This document shows, piece after piece, positions 1 through 6,756 of a DNA stretch of 19,362 nucleotides. Each line of letters starts with the position of its first letter. The first letter of the stretch is position 1. The DNA is from Pseudomonadota bacterium (GTDB lineage Bacteria > UBA10199 > 2-02-FULL-44-16 > JAAZCA01): contig JAZDOG010000003.1 in NCBI GenBank assembly GCA_043798915.1, positions 1 to 19,362 on the forward strand. Reading direction: 5' to 3'. The notes beneath the pieces were generated by a model. That model worked only from the letters and a program-made list of their open reading frames with translations. It did no database searches and was not told where the DNA came from. The translations under genes were made by a program, and so were the position numbers.

Positions 1-156
1 ACTCGCGTGATCTTTCAGATGCGAATCGAAATGCTTCATGAGGCCGTTGATCCTCTCTGAGAGGATCGCGATCTGGACCTCCGGAGAGCCGGTGTCGTTC
101 TCGCCGAGACGGTGCTTCTTGATGACCTCTGTCTTCTTTTCGAGTGCAAGTGCCAT
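1..156 (-). CDS. rpsO: 30S ribosomal protein S15 (3' end runs off the window)
   Basis: Manual translation of the minus strand from ATG at 156 gives [52 protein letters not shown], with the S15 signature [10 protein letters not shown]..KDHxS. AGGAG lies upstream and the gene follows truB as usual. Not in the ORF track. Confidence 0.97.
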   Translation of the reverse strand, partial: MALALEKKTEVIKKHRLGENDTGSPEVQIAILSERINGLMKHFDSHLKDHAS

Positions 157-250
157 AGTGGGGAACGCTCCTATCACAGCCGATGTTTGGATGTAAAGGG
201 GTATTTAAAACATGTTTCAAGATCCAGTGCGGGGTGGTGCTTTACAGATG

Positions 251-964
251 TCATGCCTTCAACAGTTTTCTCCTCCACGTTTCGGGGCAATCTATCAACT
301 CTGCCATCGTGACCGCCTCATCTATTATATACGGTCCGCTCCGGAGGCGGCGGATCCGGCTCGCATGTCCGAGCGAACCCAATGCCTCACCGATATCGCG
401 GGCCAGGCTCCGGACGTAGGTGCCGGTGCGGCACTCGAGGCGCATGCGCACATCGGCGCCGTCGGAGGATATGATGGAGAGCGAATTGATCTCGACGAAC
501 CTCGGTTCGAGGCTGAGCGCGTTGCCTTTCCTTGCGGCGTCGTAGGCCCGCAGGCCCCCGACCTTGATCGCCGAATAGTCAGGCGGACGCTGGAGTATCC
601 TTCCGATGAAGCGGGGGAGGAGTTCATTGAGGCGTTCGAGCGCGTCAGGCGGCAGAAGGCCTCGCGCGACCACTTGGCCGGCATCGTCGTCCGTGTCAGT
701 CCGCGCCCCGAGCTTCAGAGTGAATTCATATATCTTCTCGGTGCCGGAGAGCTGCTGTGCGCGCTTCGTCGCGCCGTTGATGACGAGCGGGAGGACGCCG
801 GTCGCCGCGGGATCGAGCGTTCCCAGATGCCCCACCTTCCTCGCGCCGGTGATCCGCTTCACCTGCTGCACGATGTCGTGCGAAGTGGGGCCCGCAGGCT
901 TGTCGATGACGAGGACCCCGTCGGGCTGCGCGCGACCTGCATTTTTTCTGGTAGCCATTGGCAT
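251..964 (-). CDS. truB: tRNA pseudouridine(55) synthase TruB, short form without a C-terminal PUA domain (start may be 958)
   Basis: Motifs DGVLVIDKPAGPTSHD, KVGHLGTLDP (catalytic Asp), TDTDD, PPDYSAIKVGG and GTYVRSLARDIG. Confidence 0.97.
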   Translation of the reverse strand: MPMATRKNAGRAQPDGVLVIDKPAGPTSHDIVQQVKRITGARKVGHLGTLDPAATGVLPLVINGATKRAQQLSGTEKIYEFTLKLGARTDTDDDAGQVVARGLLPPDALERLNELLPRFIGRILQRPPDYSAIKVGGLRAYDAARKGNALSLEPRFVEINSLSIISSDGADVRMRLECRTGTYVRSLARDIGEALGSLGHASRIRRLRSGPYIIDEAVTMAELIDCPETWRRKLLKA

Positions 965-1039
965 GCGGCATCAGCTAGCAGCAAGGAGCGCTGAGGTCAA
1001 ATGCTCCGGCTGGATATCTATCTATTGATGACTGCGTAA

Positions 1040-1171
1040 TATAGTGACGTTTCCCTCCCCTTTGTAAGGGGAGGGTCAGGGTGAGGTAGACCGCCGTTTC
1101 AATGCTGATCTACCTCCCCTATCCCCTCCTTACAAAGGAGGGGAAAATGCTTGCCGTAAATTGTCACTATA
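1040..1171. repeat. REP/REPIN-like palindromic doublet with outer 9-bp inverted repeats
   Basis: Arm 1050-1090 (tttccctcccctttgtaaggggagggtcagggtgaggtaga) is an imperfect reverse complement of arm 1109-1146, and each arm is itself a hairpin. The unit is bracketed by TATAGTGAC (1040-1048) and GTCACTATA (1163-1171). Confidence 0.8.
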
Positions 1172-1254
1172 ATCTGCAGGATTCAATAATTGTAGTCTTG
1201 CAACCATCTGTAAAATAAGCTTAATCTGACGCGCAAAAAAATCAAAAAAAGTGC

Positions 1255-1281
1255 GCAACAAAATCGCGGCGGCGCCGACAA
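1255..1281 (+). promoter_or_regulatory. Possible sigma-28 (FliA)-type promoter for the FGE-fold gene
   Basis: GCAA(1255-1258)-N15-GCCGACAA(1274-1281) against the consensus TAAA-N15-GCCGATAA, ~40 bp before the ATG. Confidence 0.35.
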
Positions 1282-1321
1282 TAGACATGAGTGCGGCGGG
1301 GGCGCATTCAAGGAGGGTGTC

Positions 1322-1978
1322 ATGGTCGATCCAATTTGTCCTGCGGGGATGGTGCTTCAAAAACCGAATGGTGCGGTCCACCCAGATGAGCCGGCATTTT
1401 GCATTGGGAAGACCGAGACACCCCAGAAACCATATATGGATTTTTTGAGAGAGAAGTTTAAAGATGAATATGAAGAGGTTCGCAAACTTCTAGCTGGAGA
1501 CAGGTTTGCTGTCGTTGGGGACAAGAAGCCGGCTGTTTATGTAAAATGGGATAAAGCAAGGGAGTACTGTCAGTCCACGTATCCCGGTGGCGATCTTCCG
1601 ACGGGGCGGCAATGGGAAAATGCCTGCGGTGGCAAAGCTTATTGCACGTCAAGCGGAAAACTGAACCACCGAGAAGCGATATATAATGTTCATGGTTCTT
1701 CCGATGTCGGTTCCACTCCCGCCAATCCAAGAGGCGTTCAAGACATGACTGGAAATGTTTGGGAATGGACGAAAGACTATGTCGAAATTCTTGGTGGTTA
1801 TCGTATCCGCGGCGGGTCGTGGGACCCCTCCCTCAAATCGGAGTACCTGCGCACTGATAACCTCGAAGACATCTTCCCCCCCTACTTGGCTAGCCCCGTT
1901 ACCGGCTTTCGGTGTGTTGCGCTACCCCAGCCCGCCACTGAACCGACGACGGGCAAACTGCCGGGCTCCAGGAAGTGA
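1322..1978 (+). CDS. FGE-sulfatase (SUMF1/EgtB/PvdO-like, C-type lectin fold) domain protein; candidate DGR target
   Basis: Motifs CPAGMV, V.WDKAREYC, LPT..QWE.AC, ANPRGVQDMTGNVWEW, RGGSW and GFRCV. AGGAGG SD precedes the ATG. The catalytic Cys pair that follows RGGSW in true FGE is missing. Confidence 0.9.
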   Translation: MVDPICPAGMVLQKPNGAVHPDEPAFCIGKTETPQKPYMDFLREKFKDEYEEVRKLLAGDRFAVVGDKKPAVYVKWDKAREYCQSTYPGGDLPTGRQWENACGGKAYCTSSGKLNHREAIYNVHGSSDVGSTPANPRGVQDMTGNVWEWTKDYVEILGGYRIRGGSWDPSLKSEYLRTDNLEDIFPPYLASPVTGFRCVALPQPATEPTTGKLPGSRK

Positions 1979-2007
1979 TGTAGACTTTTACCCTTTGGTT
2001 TTTCATC

Positions 2008-2042
2008 CTTGGTCCGCCCTTAAACAGGCGGATCAAGTTTTT
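2008..2042 (+). terminator. Stem-loop plus T-run after the FGE-fold gene (intrinsic terminator, or DGR-type cis hairpin)
   Basis: cttggtccgcc (2008-2018) pairs with ggcggatcaag (2027-2037, one G-T pair), followed by TTTTT. Confidence 0.65.
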
Positions 2043-2178
2043 ACCAATTCGCCTCAGATAATCGCGATAAAGTGGTCAAATCTGGATAAGACAAAGTACC
2101 CCGTTCACTCAAGTTTTCGTCATTTCAACTGCTTATTGCTCAATAGGCCCTTGGAGCGACCGTCACTATAAAATAGTT

Positions 2179-2231
2179 ATTATAAGTTTTTTATAATCGG
2201 GCTTGACGATTTGCCCGCCAGTCCGTACACT
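2179..2231 (+). promoter_or_regulatory. Sigma-70 promoter of the ATPase gene with an upstream palindromic operator-like site
   Basis: TTGACG (2203-2208)-17 bp-TACACT (2226-2231); inverted repeat ATTATAA-N5-TTATAAT at 2179-2197. Confidence 0.65.
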
Positions 2232-2240
2232 GCCCTCATT

Positions 2241-3368
2241 ATGGAAAATCCCTTCAGGTACGGAGAAGAAGTCACCGGCGAAGATTTCTGCAACAGGCGC
2301 AAGGAGATCCGCAGGCTCACCGACTACATCGGCGCAGCCAACAAAGTCCTGCTGTACTCGCCTCGCCGCTGGGGGAAGACGTCCCTCATAAAGGAGACCA
2401 TTTCGCGCCTGCCTAAGAGAAAACACCTTATCATCTATGCCGACCTCTATCCCATCCTCAAGGAGGAGCACTTCAGCCAGATCGTTGCCCAGGGCTTTGC
2501 CAGGTCGCTCGCATCGCCGCTGCAGAAGGCGGTTGCTACCCTGCGCTCGCTGCTTACATCATTCATCCCCAAGGTTACGCTGGATGCCTCGGGGGAGGCG
2601 AATTTTGAATTTGGGTTCGATTCCACGAAGAAGGGAACAGCTCTGGCCGAGGAGCTGCTGGATGCGATCGAGGAGAGCGCGCGAAAATCCAAGAAGCGAG
2701 CCGTGGTGATCCTCGACGAGTTTCAACAGGTCGGCGAGCTCGCCGACGATCGACTGGAAAAGGTGCTCAGATCGAAAATACAAGCGCAAAGGCACGTCTG
2801 CTACATCTTTGCCGGCAGCAAACGGCATCTCCTCGTAGAGATGTTTTCAAATCCGTCCCGTCCTTTTTATAAGAGCGCCATCCATTTTCCTCTCGGCGCC
2901 ATCCCGCCGGAGGAGATGAAGACATTCATATCGAAGAAATTCGAGGCCAGAGGCCGAGTGGCCGACGATGCCGCGCTTGCCGAAATACTGGAGACAGCGG
3001 AGAACCACTCATACCACGTACAACAGCTCTGTTTCCACATATGGGAAACCGCGGCCGAACGGCGGCGGATCGACAGGGAAACGATATCGAATGCAGTGGA
3101 GCGTATACTTGTCTCTGAAAATGCCTCCTACCACAATACGTGGAGCCTGCTGACTCGTTCGCAGAAATTGGCGCTCAAGGCCCTTGCCGGCATCAGGGCT
3201 GGCGAGACACCTTTCTCGATGGATTTCCTGAACCGCGCGGGCCTCTCGTCGGCGGACGCCTTCCGCAAGGCCCTTGAGTCGCTGGTCGCCAAGGAACTTG
3301 TCGAGAAGGAGAACGGGGGATACAGGATATCCGATGTCTTCCTCAAACGGTGGCTGTCGAAACTTTAA
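2241..3368 (+). CDS. Archaeal-type AAA/P-loop ATPase (ATPase_2-like) with probable C-terminal winged helix
   Basis: N-terminal NPF.YG..V.GEDFCNR..E, Walker A SPRRWGKTS, Walker B VVILDEFQ, IFAGS, and C-terminal LESLVAKELV..GYRISD.FLKRWL. The ATG at 2241 matches the usual family start. Confidence 0.9.
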   Translation: MENPFRYGEEVTGEDFCNRRKEIRRLTDYIGAANKVLLYSPRRWGKTSLIKETISRLPKRKHLIIYADLYPILKEEHFSQIVAQGFARSLASPLQKAVATLRSLLTSFIPKVTLDASGEANFEFGFDSTKKGTALAEELLDAIEESARKSKKRAVVILDEFQQVGELADDRLEKVLRSKIQAQRHVCYIFAGSKRHLLVEMFSNPSRPFYKSAIHFPLGAIPPEEMKTFISKKFEARGRVADDAALAEILETAENHSYHVQQLCFHIWETAAERRRIDRETISNAVERILVSENASYHNTWSLLTRSQKLALKALAGIRAGETPFSMDFLNRAGLSSADAFRKALESLVAKELVEKENGGYRISDVFLKRWLSKL

Positions 3369-3427
3369 CTTCGGAGGCCCCCCCCTCCCCACGTCCTGCA
3401 ACAGACAACTCCCCGGCTGGATTTGAT

Positions 3428-3456
3428 TTGAGTAATGAACGAAAAAATGCCACAAT
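3428..3456 (+). promoter_or_regulatory. Putative sigma-70 promoter for the HEPN-MNT pair
   Basis: TTGAGT (3428-3433)-17 bp-CACAAT (3451-3456) with an extended -10 TGn. Confidence 0.45.
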
Positions 3457-3478
3457 AACCTCCGAGACAATGGGACAT

Positions 3479-3889
3479 ATGAATCAACACCAGATAGATG
3501 AACTTGTGAGTTATTGGCTTATTACGGCCCAGCATGATTATAAGACTATGCAAAGCCTGTACAGGTCGCGGCGGTATTCAGACTGTTTGTTTTACGGTCA
3601 CATTGTCGTGGAAAAATCGCTAAAAGCATTGGTGGTGCAGGAAACAAAACAGTCGGCTCCCTATACACATGATCTGCTTGTGCTCCGTCAGCGGCTTGCC
3701 GATATTGAATTGAATGAAAGTGATTTGCAGTTGCTCGACGACGTGAATCGTTTCAACATCAGAGCTCGCTATCCTGATTTCAAATTGCGGTTCTACAAAC
3801 TATGCACTGCCGCCTACACGAGGCCGTATTATACCAAAATACAGGGTCTTTACAAAAAGCTATGTCAAAAAATCAGGCAAAAAAAATAG
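3479..3889 (+). CDS. HEPN domain protein (COG2250-like); start 3479 or 3470
   Basis: Pattern W...A..D......L....Y..CLF.GH..VEK.LKA, THDL and ARYPD. More AT-rich than the flanking core genes and overlaps the MNT gene. Confidence 0.88.
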   Translation: MNQHQIDELVSYWLITAQHDYKTMQSLYRSRRYSDCLFYGHIVVEKSLKALVVQETKQSAPYTHDLLVLRQRLADIELNESDLQLLDDVNRFNIRARYPDFKLRFYKLCTAAYTRPYYTKIQGLYKKLCQKIRQKK

Positions 3890-4176
3890 CTGCCGCCTAC
3901 GCGCGCAAGTTGCTCAGGCATGGGTTTCCAGGAGCGAAAGTTTTTTTATTTGGCTCGCAAGCCAAGGGAACCGCGCACCATTGGAGTGACATAGATGTCT
4001 GTGTCGTCTCAAAACGATTTAGTGGAAAAAAATGGGATTGGTATGAAAAACAATTGTGGTATGCACGTCGGAGTGTGAACCCTCATATCGAGCCAATAGG
4101 CATGTCACCGGATGAGTTTGAAAATGTTTCTCCTTTGGCGGAGGAGATACGGAAAACCGGTATTAGGGTAGCCTGA
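3862..4176 (+). CDS. Minimal nucleotidyltransferase (MNT) domain protein, partner of the HEPN protein
   Basis: VFLFGSQAKG....SDIDVCVVS is the GS-x10-DxD pol-beta motif, and the protein ends in EEIRKTGI. ATG at 3862 overlaps the HEPN 3' end. Confidence 0.9.
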   Translation: MSKNQAKKIAAAYARKLLRHGFPGAKVFLFGSQAKGTAHHWSDIDVCVVSKRFSGKKWDWYEKQLWYARRSVNPHIEPIGMSPDEFENVSPLAEEIRKTGIRVA

Positions 4177-4182
4177 GACAGG

Positions 4183-4251
4183 TCAAAGAATAATCCTCTC
4201 CACTTCATCCAGCGTAAGCTTGTCGTTGGTGCGGTCGTGGAGCTTCATTGC
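4183..4251 (-). pseudogene. C-terminal remnant of a tyrosine recombinase/integrase
   Basis: The minus strand reads AMKLHDRTNDKLTLDEVERIIL*, matching a C-terminus recalled for one integrase family (..TTKLYDRT.D.ITLDEVERI.I). The frame is closed upstream by a stop at 4276-4278. Recognised from memory, not by search. Confidence 0.65.
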
Positions 4252-4382
4252 CGGAGCGAGCCGAAGCGAGACCCCTTACCAATCCTATCACTAACCGACA
4301 TCCTCGCTCCGAATCCCCTTGCCATTTTTCATCTCTTTCGTTACGAAGTTTCGCCGCAGACAGAAATCAAAGGAGGCCGGAT

Positions 4383-4709
4383 ATGGCGGGGAACGTTGTG
4401 AGCGTGACTGACGCGACTTTTCAGAAAGAGGTCCTTGAGTCTGGCATTCCGGTGCTCGTCGATTTCTGGGCGGCATGGTGCGGCCCGTGCCGCGCCTTGG
4501 CACCCGCGGTCGAGACGGTCGCCACGGAGAAAGCTGGAAAGGTCAAGGTGTGCAAGCTCGATGTCGACGGCAACCCCAACGTCGCCGGTCAGTTTGGAAT
4601 AAGAAGCATTCCCACTATCCTTCTGTTTAATGGCGGGCAGACGATAGGCCAGATCGTGGGCAATGTCCCAAAGGGCGCCATCGACGAGCTCTTGAAGAAG
4701 GTCGGTTGA
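4383..4709 (+). CDS. trxA: Thioredoxin
   Basis: VLVDFWAAWCGPC active site and cis-Pro motif SIPT. AAGGAGG SD precedes ATG 4383; the ORF-track extension from 4248 is unlikely. Confidence 0.97.
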   Translation: MAGNVVSVTDATFQKEVLESGIPVLVDFWAAWCGPCRALAPAVETVATEKAGKVKVCKLDVDGNPNVAGQFGIRSIPTILLFNGGQTIGQIVGNVPKGAIDELLKKVG

Positions 4710-4743
4710 TTTATTTTAGAAAATAGAAGGTTATGGTTGACTT

Positions 4744-4776
4744 ATAATCCACTCCATTAGGGAGTGGATTATTTTG
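4744..4776 (+). terminator. Intrinsic terminator after trxA
   Basis: Perfect 12-bp stem ataatccactcc (4744-4755) / ggagtggattat (4761-4772) with a 5-nt loop, followed by T-rich sequence. Confidence 0.75.
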
Positions 4777-4794
4777 TCTTAAAATTCAATTTAC

Positions 4795-4823
4795 TTGACA
4801 TTTCAGGCACTTTTACCTATTTC
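4795..4823 (+). promoter_or_regulatory. Possible sigma-70 promoter for tRNA-Val/thrS
   Basis: Perfect TTGACA (4795-4800) with AT-rich upstream sequence; only a weak -10 (TATTTC) at 17 bp. Confidence 0.4.
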
Positions 4824-4899
4824 CGTTTTTCTGTTTGATTCTGATGGGTTGAAAACTTGGATGTCGTTTCGTTTTGATAAATCATTTTTTTCGCATAGC

Positions 4900-4973
4900 G
4901 GGCGTATAGCTCAGTTGGCTAGAGTACTTCCTTGACATGGAAGGGGTCACTGGTTCGAGTCCAGTTACGCCCA
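4900..4973 (+). tRNA. tRNA-Val(GAC), CCA not encoded
   Basis: Acceptor stem GGGCGTA/TACGCCC, D arm, anticodon arm CTTCC-TTGACAT-GGAAG and T loop GGTTCGAGTCC. The discriminator A is followed by CTA. Confidence 0.96.
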
Positions 4974-5001
4974 CTATGCGAAAAAATAAGCATGGAAACC
5001 G

Positions 5002-6741
5002 ATGAGTGAAAAAGGCGACAAGGAGTTGCTCGAGCTTGAGACGCTGAGGCATTCGGCCGCGCATGTCATGGCCGATGCGGTGCTGCGCCTCTTTCCCGGG
5101 GCGAAGATCACCATAGGCCCCTCTATCGAAGATGGCTTCTATTACGACTTCGATTACAAACAGCCCTTTTCTCAGGACGATCTCTCGCGCATTGAAGCGG
5201 AGATGAAGAAGATTGCGGCTGAGAAACTGCCGTTCGCGCGCCGCGAGGTCAGCCGCGATGAGGCCCGCAAGATATTCGCCAAGGAGCCCTACAAGCTTGA
5301 GCTCATCGACGAGCTTTCGAAGGGCGAGGTCATAACGACTTTCAGCCACGGCGACTTCACCGATCTCTGCCGCGGGCCGCACGTGGAGCACACAGGCGCG
5401 ATCGGCGCCTTCAAACTCCTCAAGGTCGCAGGCGCGTACTGGCGCGGGGATGAAAAAAATCCGCAGCTCCAGCGCATCTACGGCACGGCCTTCCCCACGC
5501 TGGGGGAGCTCACCGCCTACCTCGCCATGGTCGAAGAGGCCGGACGCCGCGACCACAGAAAGCTTGGGACAGAGCTGGACCTCTTCTCCACGATGGACGA
5601 ATACGGCGCGGGCCTCGTCCTCTGGCATCCCAAGGGCAGCCGCATACGCGACGCGGTCGAGACCTTCTGGAAGGAAGAGCACTACAGGAACGGCTACGAG
5701 ATCCTCTACACGCCGCACATCGGCCGCGCGGCGCTATGGCAGACGTCGGGTCACCTCGATTTCTACAAAGACAGCATGTACTCGCCGATGGACATCGACG
5801 GGAACGACTACTTTTTGAAGCCGATGAACTGCCCGTTCCACATCATGGTCTACAAGAGGAAGATCCGCTCCTATCGCGATCTTCCCCTGAGGTGGGCCGA
5901 GCTCGGCACCGTCTATCGCTATGAGAAGAGCGGCGTCCTCCACGGGCTTATGCGCGTGCGTGGCTTCACGCAGGACGATGCGCATATCATGTGCACCCCG
6001 GACCAGATCGAGAACGAGATCCGCGAGGTGCTGCGCTTCTCGCTCTTCATGTGGAAGTCGTTCGGCTTCACCGACGTCAGGGCGTATCTGGCGACGAGAC
6101 CGGAGAAGGCGGTGGGCGAGCCGGAGCGCTGGGACCAGGCGATCGCCGCCCTGAAGAATGCCGTGAAGGAAGAGAACCTCGAATATGAATTGGACGAAGG
6201 CGGCGGCGCGTTCTACGGCCCCAAGATAGATCTCAAGGTCAAGGATGCGATTGGCCGCGAATGGCAGATGACGACGATCCAGTTCGATTTCAATCTGCCG
6301 GAGCGCTTCGACATGAATTTCATTGGGGCCGACGGACAGAGGCACAGGCCCTACATGGTACACCGGGCGCTCCTGGGCAGCCTCGAGCGATTCTTCGGCG
6401 TCCTCATCGAGCACCATGCCGGCGCATTTCCGGCGTGGCTAGCCCCGGTCCAGGCCAGGGTGCTCGTCATCAGCGCCGATCAGGCGGCGTACGCGAAGGG
6501 GGTCGTGGATCGCCTGCGCGCGCGGGGCCTCCGGGCGGAGCTCGACGACAGAAACGAGAAGCTGGGCCTGAAGATCAGGGAGGCGCAGCTCGAGAAGATT
6601 CCATACATGCTCGTGGTGGGCGGCAAGGAAGTCGAGGCCGGGGCGGTGGCGGTCAGGTCGCGGGTGAAAGGCGATTTGGGCGCAATGCCGGCCGATGCCT
6701 TTGTCGATCTGCTCTGCGATGAGGTTGCCGGCAAGAGATAA
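5002..6741 (+). CDS. thrS: Threonine--tRNA ligase (lacks the N-terminal TGS domain)
   Basis: LRHSAAH and DLCRGPH (editing domain), RDHRKLG, KPMNCP, RVRGFTQDDAH, FYGPKID, HRALLGSLERF and an anticodon-binding C-terminus. Confidence 0.99.
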   Translation: MSEKGDKELLELETLRHSAAHVMADAVLRLFPGAKITIGPSIEDGFYYDFDYKQPFSQDDLSRIEAEMKKIAAEKLPFARREVSRDEARKIFAKEPYKLELIDELSKGEVITTFSHGDFTDLCRGPHVEHTGAIGAFKLLKVAGAYWRGDEKNPQLQRIYGTAFPTLGELTAYLAMVEEAGRRDHRKLGTELDLFSTMDEYGAGLVLWHPKGSRIRDAVETFWKEEHYRNGYEILYTPHIGRAALWQTSGHLDFYKDSMYSPMDIDGNDYFLKPMNCPFHIMVYKRKIRSYRDLPLRWAELGTVYRYEKSGVLHGLMRVRGFTQDDAHIMCTPDQIENEIREVLRFSLFMWKSFGFTDVRAYLATRPEKAVGEPERWDQAIAALKNAVKEENLEYELDEGGGAFYGPKIDLKVKDAIGREWQMTTIQFDFNLPERFDMNFIGADGQRHRPYMVHRALLGSLERFFGVLIEHHAGAFPAWLAPVQARVLVISADQAAYAKGVVDRLRARGLRAELDDRNEKLGLKIREAQLEKIPYMLVVGGKEVEAGAVAVRSRVKGDLGAMPADAFVDLLCDEVAGKR

Positions 6742-6756
6742 CAAGGAGGTGTAACT

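Noticed and set aside
212..994. 260-aa plus-strand ORF opposite truB, and similar long antisense or alternate-frame ORFs (4882-5718, 8236-9147, 10331-11128, 12949-13761, 15369-16250)
   Set aside because: Shadow ORFs of GC-rich genes with no recognisable motifs; each overlaps a clearly identified gene.
3350..3478. N-terminal extension of the HEPN ORF from 3350
   Set aside because: It overlaps the ATPase end and spans a candidate promoter; the domain starts near 3479.
4248..4382. N-terminal extension of thioredoxin
   Set aside because: A strong SD lies directly before ATG 4383, and the extension covers the integrase relic and spacer.
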